Shown here piece after piece: positions 34,887 to 44,225 of a stretch of DNA of 64,000 nt. The notes beneath the pieces are model-generated. The model was not told the DNA's origin. It saw nothing but the letters and a program-made list of their open reading frames with translations, and ran no database searches. The stretch covers positions 1-64,000 of the forward strand of contig BTUM01000016.1 of the NCBI GenBank assembly GCA_045863235.1, written 5' to 3'. The DNA is from Candidatus Xenobia bacterium (GTDB lineage: Bacteria; Vulcanimicrobiota; Xenobia; Xenobiales; QWHO01). Numbering within the stretch: position 1 is the stretch's first letter; each line of letters begins with the position of its first letter. Both the position numbers and the translations under genes were made by a program.

Positions 34887-36350
34887 ATGAAAGACCACGC
34901 TGCGCCCTCCTCGATCTCCTCGGTCCGCACCTCCCCCGGAGCTGCGCGCCCTTCCACCTCCGGGCCCGCCCCCACGGCGGCGGCCAACAGGGCTGGGGGA
35001 GGGCAGGTCTCCCATCAGCACGAGGTCGACCATCCTCGCAATGATGTGGTGCAGCTCTCCGAGGCGGGTGAGACCCCGGCCAGGAGCCCCCTGGCCCAGG
35101 TGGCCGACCGGCGCGAGCGCGAGCAGCTGATCAACGGAATGCTTTACACCGAAGGCCCCGGCGCCCCATCGGCCCAGGAGGCCGAAGCCCTGCGCAACTC
35201 ACTGGGGGTGGTGGACGCTGGCACGCTGCGGCTCGTGCAACAGCAAGGACTCAAGATCGGCGTGGTCAGCCCGGGCGAGGACATGTACCAGATGGGCGTG
35301 CTGCGCGAGGTCGACATCAACCAGCTCCAGAGCAAGCTGCCCGAGCACCGGGCCGCCATCGACGCCATGGACAAAGGGCTGGATCAGAAGTTCGGCCCCC
35401 AGATCTCCGCTCTCACCACCCAGCTCCAGGGTCTCAAGGCCGACGATCCCAGGCGGGGTGAGCTCGAGCAGCAGCTTTCCAGCCTGCGCGATCAGCGCAC
35501 CTTCGAGCTGGCGCAGTCGCTGGAGACGTCCGGCATCCCCGCGCGCCCCCTGTTGCCCCCGCTGTCGGCTAAGGAAGCCAGCAACAACGAGCTGGTGACC
35601 ATGGCCACGAACGTGACCAACAGCCCGCTCCCCACCTCCGCCATGGCCGACATCCACGGTGCCACCACCCCCGAGCGCCTGAAAGAATTCGAGCAGCTGA
35701 TGGTGGGCCTCAACGGCGAGCGGCTGGAGGTGGCCCGCAAAGAAGGCCTGGAAAGCCTGCGCTCGCGCGTGGCGGCGGCCAAGCCTGAAGATCGCGAGCG
35801 GCTGCAGGGATACCTGGACGCCGCACTGGCCGACCCCACCCAGATCCCCATCGACCATCGAGCCCACAACATCGTAGTGCCGAATGTGCACTACGTGGAG
35901 AACGGTCGGCTCAGCAAGCATGACAAGCTTTCTCTGGCCAACTGGGGCGACGGCAAGAACACCGCGGCGCCCCTGATGGACCCGAAGACCGGCGAGGGCA
36001 GCGTGCTGGCCGGGCAGTACTTCGAGGACGTCAATCGATTGCTCGTGCGCGACTCGCAGGTGAAGAGCGATACCCCCATCCACGAGATGGGCCATGCCAT
36101 CGAAGGCGCGGTGCAGAAGGCCGACCCCAACTTCTACCAGGGCTTTGAGCCCCGCTTGATGGAGGCTTACCAGAAGGCCCTGGACGGGACGACCGTCAGC
36201 AAGTACGCCCAGGCCAGCCCGCGCGAGTACATCGCCGAGGGAGTGGCCCACTACTACGAGGATCCGAAGGCCCTCAAAGCTACCGATCCGGCCCTCTTCG
36301 CCCTGACCCAGGAGCTGATCGACCGAGCCTCGGCCCTGGGCAACCGCTGA
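34887..36350 (+). CDS. Protein with C-terminal anthrax-lethal-factor-like zinc metallopeptidase domain
   Basis: HEMGH followed by SKYAQASPREYIAEGVAHYY..LKATDPALF; disordered N-terminus, coiled-coil middle, no signal peptide. Confidence 0.78.
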   Translation: MKDHAAPSSISSVRTSPGAARPSTSGPAPTAAANRAGGGQVSHQHEVDHPRNDVVQLSEAGETPARSPLAQVADRREREQLINGMLYTEGPGAPSAQEAEALRNSLGVVDAGTLRLVQQQGLKIGVVSPGEDMYQMGVLREVDINQLQSKLPEHRAAIDAMDKGLDQKFGPQISALTTQLQGLKADDPRRGELEQQLSSLRDQRTFELAQSLETSGIPARPLLPPLSAKEASNNELVTMATNVTNSPLPTSAMADIHGATTPERLKEFEQLMVGLNGERLEVARKEGLESLRSRVAAAKPEDRERLQGYLDAALADPTQIPIDHRAHNIVVPNVHYVENGRLSKHDKLSLANWGDGKNTAAPLMDPKTGEGSVLAGQYFEDVNRLLVRDSQVKSDTPIHEMGHAIEGAVQKADPNFYQGFEPRLMEAYQKALDGTTVSKYAQASPREYIAEGVAHYYEDPKALKATDPALFALTQELIDRASALGNR

Positions 36351-36525
36351 GCGGCGATCGCACCACGCCTGGAGCGAGACGCGGAAGCCTCATTGTCGTC
36401 CACCCGGGCCGGCCCAGAAGAGTTGATGGCATATGTCGTGTGCGACATAGCGTAGTAGATCCATACGAAGGAAAACAGACATCCAAGTGCGCACAGGTGG
36501 AAACTTCAAGAAAGAGGGTCCACTC

Positions 36526-37605
36526 ATGTCACGGTTACGCCTCCTGATTCTGACGCTTGCCCTGCTGGCCGCTCCGGCCCTGGGCCAGGCGCACTACCAG
36601 CCGGGGATCTTCCCGCTGGATTCCCTCACCAACATGCCTGCTTTTCCCGGAGTGTACTTTTCCGAGAACTTCATCTACTACACCGGCCAGGCTCAACTGG
36701 ACCGCACGCTGCTGAACGGGCGCCTGCCGGTCACGCTCAATCTGGACGCCAACATCTTCGCCGCGAATCAGATCGTCATGTGGCAGACCGGGGAAAAGTT
36801 CCTCGGGGCCGACTACGGCGCCATGATCCTGCTTCCTCTGATGCAGCCGAGCGCAGGAGCCCAGCTTGACGTGGGCCTGGTCCAGGCCCGCCAGGTGGGG
36901 GGCAGCAAGTTCGGCCTCGGCGACGCGCTCATCCTGCCGCTGATCCTGGGCTGGCACGGCCAGAAGTACGACGCAGTGTTCAGTTACGGCATCTGGGCTC
37001 CCACCGGCTCCTACTCGACCAGCGCGCCGCTCAACGTGGGCCGCGGCTTCTGGACGAACCAGCTTCAGCTCGGGGGAGCCTACTACCTCGACGAGGAGCG
37101 CACCTGGAGCCTCAACGCGGTGGGCACGTACGAAGCCGACACCACCCGCTCCAACGGGTTCTACCCCGGCGACTACTTCTCGCTCGACTGGGGCGTTCGC
37201 AAGAAGCTGGACGACCAGTGGACGATCGGCCTGACCGGCTACGACACATGGCAGCTTAACCCGGCCAGCGCGGGCTTCGGGTTTAACAACCAGATCACCA
37301 ACTCCGCCCATGCCATCGGAGGCGAGGTATCGGTGACCATCCCCGAGGCCGACTTCCTGGGGATCACGCTCAAGTTCTCGCACGAGTACGACGCCTACGC
37401 GCGCTTTCAGGGCGACGTGGCCAGCCTGACCTTCTCGGTGCCCATCGACATGGAGCTGCCCAGCGCGCCTCCGCCCGCGGCCAAACCCGCCGAATCAAAG
37501 CCAGAACCGGTGCCGGCCGAGCCCTCGAGCGAAGTGGCCCCCACCAGCGAGGCAGCAATACAACTGAGTGCTCCTGCGACCGAGCCGGCTTCAGAATTGC
37601 CCTGA
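36526..37605 (+). CDS. SphA/MetA-pathway family outer-membrane channel
   Basis: Signal peptide; KFLGADYG, FGLGD..LPLILGWH, APTGSY..NVGRGFWT, IGLTGY..WQL; Pro/Glu-rich tail. Confidence 0.82.
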   Translation: MSRLRLLILTLALLAAPALGQAHYQPGIFPLDSLTNMPAFPGVYFSENFIYYTGQAQLDRTLLNGRLPVTLNLDANIFAANQIVMWQTGEKFLGADYGAMILLPLMQPSAGAQLDVGLVQARQVGGSKFGLGDALILPLILGWHGQKYDAVFSYGIWAPTGSYSTSAPLNVGRGFWTNQLQLGGAYYLDEERTWSLNAVGTYEADTTRSNGFYPGDYFSLDWGVRKKLDDQWTIGLTGYDTWQLNPASAGFGFNNQITNSAHAIGGEVSVTIPEADFLGITLKFSHEYDAYARFQGDVASLTFSVPIDMELPSAPPPAAKPAESKPEPVPAEPSSEVAPTSEAAIQLSAPATEPASELP

Positions 37606-37654
37606 CGCACCGCTGTCTGAGCGGGTAGCGATCCAAATTTCCGTTGGAGGAACC

Positions 37655-40156
37655 ATGCCGAGAAAGCTCCTGACTCTGGTCGTCTTGACATTACTGCTTG
37701 CCATGGTGCCGGCCACGGCCCAGGAGGTGACCGGCCCCCCCGGTTCGCCGGGCGCGACCACCACCATCGACGGGAAGCAACTCCCGGCCCCCGATCCCAG
37801 GTTCGAGGGCGTGATCCGAGAGGACGCACTGCAGTCCAAACCCTGGTGGGCGCCACGCATCGTGCCACCCAGGAAGGCACCCAACATCCTGCTCATCATG
37901 ACCGACGACTCGGGCTTCGGCGTGCCCAGCACCTTCGGGGGCGTCATCCCCACCCCCGCGCTCGATCGCGTCGCTCGAAACGGGCTTCGCTACAACAACA
38001 TTCACTCCACCGCGCTGTGCTCACCCACCCGGGCCGCGCTGATCACGGGCCGCAATCACCATTCCACCGGTTTTGGCGTCATCTCCGAGCAATCCACGGG
38101 TTTCCCCGGCTATAACAGCGTCCTTCCCAAGGACAAGGCCACCATCGGCCGCATCCTCCGAGACAACGGCTTTGCGACCTCCTGGTTCGGCAAGGACCAC
38201 AATGTGCCCACCTTCCAAGCCAGCGCCATCGGGCCGTTTGACAACTGGCCTATCGGACAGGGCTTCGAATACTTTTACGGCTTCGTCGGCGGCGACGCCA
38301 ACCAGTGGCAGCCGAACCTCTTCCGGAACACCACCCAGATCTATCCCTTCCAGGGTAAGCCGGGGTGGAACCTGGTCACCGGCATGGCCGACGACTGCAT
38401 CGACTACCTCCATCGCATCGACCAGATCCAACCAGACAAGCCGTTCTTCTGTTACTACGTGCCGGGCGCAACGCACGCGCCGCACCACCCCACGAAGGAG
38501 TGGGTCGACAAGATCCACGCCATGCACCTTTTCGACGGCGGCTGGAACAAACTGCGTCAGCAAATCTTCGAAAATCAGAAGCGGCTCGGCGTCATCCCGG
38601 CCGATACCAGGCTGGAGCCCTGGCCCCGGGAGCATCTCAAGAATTGGGACGACTGCACCGCTGAGGAGAAGAAGCTCTTCATCCGCCAGGCAGAGGTCTT
38701 CGCGGCCTACGTCGCTTACAACGACCACGAGATCGGCCGCGTGATCCGGGCGATCGACGACATGGGCAAACTGGACGACACGCTGATCATCTACATCAAC
38801 GGGGACAACGGCACCAGTGCCGAGGGCGGTCCCCTGGGCACGCCCAACGAGGTCGCCTTCTTCAACGGAATCAACATGATGCCGGTGCAGGAGCAGATGA
38901 AGTATTACGATGCCTGGGGCACCGAGAGAACCTACAACCACATGTCCGCCGGCTGGTCCTGGGCTTTCGACACGCCCTTCACCTGGTTCAAGCAGAACGC
39001 TTCCCGGCTCGGTGGCATCCGTCAGTGCATGGCAGTCTCCTGGCCCAACGGGATCAAGGAGCGAGGCGGGCTGCGCCAGCAGTTCCTGCACGTCATCGAC
39101 GTGGTGCCGACCCTGCTCGAGGTAAGCGGGATCTCGGCACCCGAGATGGTGGATGGCATCAAGCAGGCGCCCATCGAGGGCACCAGCTTCGCCTACACCT
39201 TCGATTCCAGTAATTCCAACGCTCCCTCTCGCCACAAGACCCAGTATTTCGAAATGATGGGGCAGTGGGCTCTCTATCACGATGGCTGGATGTTGAGCAC
39301 CAAGGTCAACCGGGCGCCCTGGGAGGCCTTCGGCAAGGCCAACCCGGACCCGCTCAACAATCAGGTTCTCGAGCTCTACGATCTCAACACCGACTTCAGC
39401 CAGTCCCAGAACGTGGCCGACAAGCATCCGGACAAAGTGGCTGCCCTGAAGAACATTTTCATTCAGGAAGCCAGGAAGTATCAGGTCTTTCCCATGGACG
39501 CCTCGGTGGCCGCTCGGATCGTGGCGCCGCGTCCCAACATCACCGCCGGTCGCACCGAGTTCGTGTATACCCGGCCGATGGTGGGCCTGCCGCAGGGCGA
39601 TTCGCCCTTCTTGCTCAACTGCTCGTTCACCATTGCCGCGGACATCGACGTGCCGGTCTCCGGCGCCGAAGGGATGATCCTGACCTCGGGCGGGCGGTTT
39701 GCAGGCTACGGATTCTACCTGCTCAAGGGCAAGCCGGTGTTCGTCTGGAACCTGGTCGACCTGGAACGCGTTCGCTGGGCCGGAGCCGAGCCGCTGTCAC
39801 CCGGCAAGCACAGGCTCGAGTTCGACTTCAAGTATGACGGGCTGGGTGTGGGCACGCTGGCCTTCAACGATATGAGCGGCCTGGGTCGTTCTGCCACCGG
39901 CACCCTGAAGGTCGACGGCACCGAAGTCCAGACCATCCAGATGCCGAAGACGATTCCGATGATCCTGCAATGGGACGAAAGCTTCGACATCGGGTCGGAC
40001 ACGCTGACAGGCGTCAATGATGCCGACTACCTGCCGCCCTTCCCTCTGACCGCCAGGCTGGAAAAGCTGACCATCAAGGTGGACCGGCCCGAGCTGACGC
40101 CCGAGGACATCAAGAAGCTCGAGGAGAGCCAGCGCAACAACCGATCCAGCGAGTAG
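37655..40156 (+). CDS. Arylsulfatase (Cys-type)
   Basis: PNILLIMTDDSGFG, LCSPTRAALITGRNHH, FGKDH, GATHAPHH, GDNG; signal peptide; GGAGG RBS. Confidence 0.95.
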   Translation: MPRKLLTLVVLTLLLAMVPATAQEVTGPPGSPGATTTIDGKQLPAPDPRFEGVIREDALQSKPWWAPRIVPPRKAPNILLIMTDDSGFGVPSTFGGVIPTPALDRVARNGLRYNNIHSTALCSPTRAALITGRNHHSTGFGVISEQSTGFPGYNSVLPKDKATIGRILRDNGFATSWFGKDHNVPTFQASAIGPFDNWPIGQGFEYFYGFVGGDANQWQPNLFRNTTQIYPFQGKPGWNLVTGMADDCIDYLHRIDQIQPDKPFFCYYVPGATHAPHHPTKEWVDKIHAMHLFDGGWNKLRQQIFENQKRLGVIPADTRLEPWPREHLKNWDDCTAEEKKLFIRQAEVFAAYVAYNDHEIGRVIRAIDDMGKLDDTLIIYINGDNGTSAEGGPLGTPNEVAFFNGINMMPVQEQMKYYDAWGTERTYNHMSAGWSWAFDTPFTWFKQNASRLGGIRQCMAVSWPNGIKERGGLRQQFLHVIDVVPTLLEVSGISAPEMVDGIKQAPIEGTSFAYTFDSSNSNAPSRHKTQYFEMMGQWALYHDGWMLSTKVNRAPWEAFGKANPDPLNNQVLELYDLNTDFSQSQNVADKHPDKVAALKNIFIQEARKYQVFPMDASVAARIVAPRPNITAGRTEFVYTRPMVGLPQGDSPFLLNCSFTIAADIDVPVSGAEGMILTSGGRFAGYGFYLLKGKPVFVWNLVDLERVRWAGAEPLSPGKHRLEFDFKYDGLGVGTLAFNDMSGLGRSATGTLKVDGTEVQTIQMPKTIPMILQWDESFDIGSDTLTGVNDADYLPPFPLTARLEKLTIKVDRPELTPEDIKKLEESQRNNRSSE

Positions 40157-40161
40157 GCCGC

Positions 40162-40189
40162 CCCGCCGAGGCTGTCGCGCCTCGGCGGG
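40162..40189 (+). terminator. GC-rich hairpin after the sulfatase
   Basis: CCCGCCGAGGC-N6-GCCTCGGCGGG 11-bp stem; no U tract. Confidence 0.45.
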
Positions 40190-40272
40190 CTCGGCGGGCT
40201 CGCGGCCGGGCTATCGCGTGCAAGGGTGCATCCGGGCGTAGGACGGCCCGCCGCTGCGTTGAAGGGGAACAG

Positions 40273-42294
40273 ATGAGACACTGGCTCACCTTCTGCCTGG
40301 CCATCCTGCTCCTGGTCGCGGGCTCGGCCCAACCGGTCAAGAAAGCGCATGTTGCATCGGAGCTGATCAGCGACCAGTCGGTGGTGGCCCCGGGCAGCAC
40401 GTTCTGGGTGGGCCTGCGCCTGGAGATGGAGCCCGAGTGGCACACCTACTGGGAGAACCCCGGCGACGGCGGGCTGGCCACCAAGATCGAGTGGACCCTG
40501 CCCGAGGGCGTGACGGCCGGTCCGATCCAGTGGCCCGCCCCCGAGCGCGTCGAGCTGGCCGGGCTGGTCAGCTACGGCTACTCGCACGAGGTTATTCTGT
40601 TAACCCAGCTCCAGACCGCTCCCGACCTCAAGAGCGGGCCGCTCACGCTGAAGGCCAACATCACCTACCTGGCCTGCAAAGAGGAGTGCATCCCCGGCCA
40701 GGCCGACCTGACCCTCAAGCTCAGCGTTGCACAGGCCAGCCAGCCCTCCGAGCAGGCCGAGAGCCTGGCCCGGGCCCGCGATCGGCTTCCGCTGGGGCCG
40801 GACCCTGCCGTGCAGGCCCGCCTGGAAGGCACGAAAATCCTTCTCAGCCTGCCGCCCGGCGCTCAGAAGGCCGAGTTTTTCCCGCTCGATAACGAGCAGA
40901 TCAAGCTCGATGCCCCCCAGGCCCTCAAACAGGACCAGCTCGAGCTGCAGGCAGCCGAGAAGGCTCCCGCCCGGCTCTCGGGCGTGTTGGTGGTGGGCGA
41001 CAAGTCCTACCAGGTGGATCTGCCCCTGACCACCGGCGGGGCAGCGGCCCAGGCCCCTCAGGTCAGCTTTCTGCCGGCCTTCCTGTCGGCCTTTCTGGGC
41101 GGGCTCTTGCTCAACCTGATGCCCTGCGTCTTCCCGGTGCTCTCCATGAAGGTGCTGGGCTTCGTGGAGGCGGCCGGCGAGAGCAAAGGCAAGCCCTGGA
41201 TGCACGGGGTGGTGTTCACGCTGGGCGTGCTGGTCTCGTTCTGGGCGCTGACGGCGGCGCTGCTGGCCGTCAAGGCGGGCGGGGCCAAAGTGGGCTGGGG
41301 CTTTCAGCTGCAAGAGCCGGGCATCGTGATCGCCCTGGCGGTGCTCTTCTTCGCGCTGGGACTGAATTTTCTGGGCGTCTTCGAGATCGGCCTGACGCTC
41401 ACGCGCCTGGGCGATGTGGCCGAGCGCAAGTCGGGCCTGAGCGGCGCCTTCTGGAGCGGGGTGCTGGCCACGCTGGCGGCCACCCCCTGCACCGCCCCCT
41501 TCATGGGTAGCGCGGTGGGCTTCGCGCTGACCGCACCGGTGATGCAGACCTTCCTGATCTTCACCTCGCTGGGGCTGGGGATGGCCTTCCCCTACCTGGT
41601 GCTCTCCAGTGTGCCGGCTCTGCTGCGCTTCGTGCCCCGGCCCGGCCCCTGGATGGAGAGCTTCAAGCAGTTCCTGGCCTTCCCGCTGCTGGCCACCACC
41701 GGCGGCCTGCTCTGGGTGCTGGGCCAGCAGCGCGGCCCCAACGCCGTGGCCGTCATGCTGCAGGCCCTGGTGCTCTTTGGCATGGCCGCCTGGGCCTACG
41801 GCCGGTGGGGGTTCTCCATCAAGCCCGGAGTGCGGGCCCGGGGGCTGGCCTTCACCGCCCTGCTCCTGGCCGCAGGCCTGGCTGTCTCGGTGCAGGCCGC
41901 CCGCTTCGGCGCCCCTGACCCGAGCGGCCATTCCGGACCGTGGCAGAGCTTCTCGCCCGAGAAAGTAGCCGAGCTGCGGGCCGCCGGCAAGCCGGTCTTC
42001 GTCGACTTCACGGCCGCCTGGTGCTTCAGCTGCCAGGTCAACGAGCAGGTGGCCCTCAAGCCCAAAGAGGTGCTGGACGCCTTTCAAGCCCGGGGAATCA
42101 CCATGCTGAAGGCTGACTGGACCAACCGCGATGAGGTCATCACCCGCGAGTTGGAGAAGTTCGGCCGCAGCGGCGTGCCGCTCTATGTGCTCTATCCAGC
42201 CGGCGGCGAGCCCGAGGTGCTGCCCCAGGTGCTTACCCCCAGCATTGTGCTCAAGGCTTTGGAGAAGATCCCGACCAGCTCTTCAGCACCGTGA
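40273..42294 (+). CDS. dsbD: Protein-disulfide reductase DsbD family
   Basis: WHTYWENPGDGG, ACKEECIP, LNLMPCVFPVL, ATPCTAPFMG, VFVDFTAAWCFSCQVNE, GVPLYVLY. Confidence 0.93.
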   Translation: MRHWLTFCLAILLLVAGSAQPVKKAHVASELISDQSVVAPGSTFWVGLRLEMEPEWHTYWENPGDGGLATKIEWTLPEGVTAGPIQWPAPERVELAGLVSYGYSHEVILLTQLQTAPDLKSGPLTLKANITYLACKEECIPGQADLTLKLSVAQASQPSEQAESLARARDRLPLGPDPAVQARLEGTKILLSLPPGAQKAEFFPLDNEQIKLDAPQALKQDQLELQAAEKAPARLSGVLVVGDKSYQVDLPLTTGGAAAQAPQVSFLPAFLSAFLGGLLLNLMPCVFPVLSMKVLGFVEAAGESKGKPWMHGVVFTLGVLVSFWALTAALLAVKAGGAKVGWGFQLQEPGIVIALAVLFFALGLNFLGVFEIGLTLTRLGDVAERKSGLSGAFWSGVLATLAATPCTAPFMGSAVGFALTAPVMQTFLIFTSLGLGMAFPYLVLSSVPALLRFVPRPGPWMESFKQFLAFPLLATTGGLLWVLGQQRGPNAVAVMLQALVLFGMAAWAYGRWGFSIKPGVRARGLAFTALLLAAGLAVSVQAARFGAPDPSGHSGPWQSFSPEKVAELRAAGKPVFVDFTAAWCFSCQVNEQVALKPKEVLDAFQARGITMLKADWTNRDEVITRELEKFGRSGVPLYVLYPAGGEPEVLPQVLTPSIVLKALEKIPTSSSAP

Positions 42295-42832
42295 CCCAGT
42301 TGCCGGCCGGGCTCTCGCTGACGTATTTCACCAGCCCCACGCCGCTCGCGTAGTAGCTGGTCTGGTTGAGCGTGCCCCCGGACTGGGTGGTGAGCGTCTC
42401 CACCACCAGGCAGGTGAAGGTCCCCGCTGGCACCTTCACCTGAGCGCTGGCCAGGATGCGGTTGGAGTCCGTGATCTCGCTGCTGCGTCCCAGCCGGCCG
42501 GTCCAGGTCCAGCTGGTGCCGGGCTTCATGGGAAAGCGCAGGTAGGGCCGAGGCGGCTGGTACAGGGCTCTCTCGCCGTCCGGGTCTTCCATCCCGGTGA
42601 GGGAGATGCCGCCCGAGCCCACCTCATACCACTCCTGGGTCAAGACCTGGGGCATGGTGGTGCGCACCAGAGCCCGGTTGCCCTCGGTCTTGACCACCTC
42701 CACAGTGTAGTCGAACGACTGGCGGCCCTTGAACTGGTAAACCCAGCTCAACCCCGAGCCGACCGGAAAGTAGTCGGCTTCTGTCGCCAGCGCGCAGGGC
42801 AGCAGCAGGGCCAGCAGGGCAATCCACCTCAA
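42251..42832 (-). CDS. Hypothetical secreted beta-rich protein
   Basis: Signal peptide; DYFPV..G.SWVY, VKVPAGTFTCLVV, YYASGVGLVK signature. Confidence 0.75.
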   Translation of the reverse strand: MRWIALLALLLPCALATEADYFPVGSGLSWVYQFKGRQSFDYTVEVVKTEGNRALVRTTMPQVLTQEWYEVGSGGISLTGMEDPDGERALYQPPRPYLRFPMKPGTSWTWTGRLGRSSEITDSNRILASAQVKVPAGTFTCLVVETLTTQSGGTLNQTSYYASGVGLVKYVSESPAGNWVTVLKSWSGSSPKP

Positions 42833-43839
42833 GACGTCACCCCTTCGGCGGCGGCGCGCTCGAGGTGGGGACGGGCCTCATCCTCTCGGCCCAGGCGACT
42901 CAGGGCCACGCCCAGCCGCAGGCGGGCCAGCGACTGGGTGGGATCGACCTCCAGCGAGCGCAAAAGCCAGGGCAGGCCGGCCTCCATCTGGCCCTGAGCC
43001 AGCTCCAGGTAACCGCGATAGGTCAGGGCCGGAGCGTGCTGGGGATTGAGGCGCACCGCCTCGTCCAGGGCCTCGGCGGCGGCCTGGAAGGCGCCCAGCT
43101 CGAGCTCGGCGCGGGCCAGCTGGTAGCGAAGGTCAGCCGCCTCGGGGGCCAGCGTGACGGCCCGCAGGAAGGCCTCGCGGGCGCCTTCCCAGTTCTCCTG
43201 GCCGGAGCGGGCCAGGCCCAGGGTCATCTGCTGCATGGCCGTGGTGCGGCCCAGGGCGGCCGAGGCTTCAGCGGCTGCGTACTCGCCTCGAAAGAGCTCC
43301 ATCCAGGCCCGATCGACCGGGTCGGTCGCGTCGAGATGGGCCAGGCTGACGGCCGGGTGGCCGCCCCCGGCGCTGACCGGTCCGGGAGCGCGCATGGCCA
43401 GGTAGTCTCTCTTGAGCTGGTGAATGGCGCGGGCTTCAGGCAGGAGCGCGAAGTACTCCTCGGGCGCAAACTCGCGCTCGTGGCCGCGAAACACGCACAC
43501 CTCGGGCAACACGGTGCGCTGCTCGCGGTAATGGCCGAAGGTGCGGCAGGCATAGGGACGATGAGCATAGACCGTGCAGCCGCCCTGGTAGTAGGGGCAG
43601 ACGGCCGCCGCGCCCTCCTCGCGAGCTGCGTAGCGGCGAAAGTCCTCCACCTTCTCGGGACCGACCCGGGCGGCCAGGTAGTCTAGCTCGAGATCGCTGA
43701 CCACGTGCTGAGAAAGGCCCGCGGCCGTGCAACACAGGTTGCAGCTCCCGCAGGGGTTGCCCGGGTGACGGGGCAGGGCGGCGTCGAGACGGGCGAACAA
43801 CTCGTCCAGGGCGACGTAGAAGTCGTGCCGGGTGCTCAG
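42829..43839 (-). CDS. YkgJ family (CxxCxxCC) cysteine-cluster protein with C-terminal TPR repeats
   Basis: CGSCNLCC, CPYY.GGCTVYAHRPYACRTFG; TPRs; start is TTG 43800 or, more likely, CTG 43839. Confidence 0.82.
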   Translation of the reverse strand: MSTRHDFYVALDELFARLDAALPRHPGNPCGSCNLCCTAAGLSQHVVSDLELDYLAARVGPEKVEDFRRYAAREEGAAAVCPYYQGGCTVYAHRPYACRTFGHYREQRTVLPEVCVFRGHEREFAPEEYFALLPEARAIHQLKRDYLAMRAPGPVSAGGGHPAVSLAHLDATDPVDRAWMELFRGEYAAAEASAALGRTTAMQQMTLGLARSGQENWEGAREAFLRAVTLAPEAADLRYQLARAELELGAFQAAAEALDEAVRLNPQHAPALTYRGYLELAQGQMEAGLPWLLRSLEVDPTQSLARLRLGVALSRLGREDEARPHLERAAAEGVTS

Positions 43840-44165
43840 GTCAGCCAGCGGATGAACTTCCAGACATTGGTCTGGCCCCGTCCCGTCACCTTGATCGACC
43901 AGCCTCCGTCGATGAAGTGGGCCATGAAGGCCGAGCCGCCGTCGTTGAGATTGTAGGTGAACGTGTTGGGCTGGTCGATCCAGGAAGCGTGCGCCACCAG
44001 GCTCTGACCGTTGGGGGTCAGGAAGTGGATGGTGAACTGAGGTTGCTCCCCGTTATAGATGCGCACCGTGTTGCCGGTGGTCGACTGCCACTCGCTGTTC
44101 TTGGGCTCGGCCCGGACCGCCGGAGCCAGAGCCAGGAGGACCAGAAGGCTCAGGATGATTCGCAT
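43836..44165 (-). CDS. Small secreted hypothetical protein
   Basis: Signal peptide MRIILSLLVLLALAPAVRA followed by ~90 aa beta-rich domain. Confidence 0.72.
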   Translation of the reverse strand: MRIILSLLVLLALAPAVRAEPKNSEWQSTTGNTVRIYNGEQPQFTIHFLTPNGQSLVAHASWIDQPNTFTYNLNDGGSAFMAHFIDGGWSIKVTGRGQTNVWKFIRWLT

Positions 44166-44225
44166 GATCGGGAGGATTCCAGGCCGCGCCAGGGGCCCCT
44201 CCCGGGGGCGGCGAAACTCGCTTTC

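Noticed and set aside
40181..40207. CTCGGCGGG repeats as a REP or MITE
   Set aside because: Only local copies of a hairpin arm; not noticed elsewhere in the window
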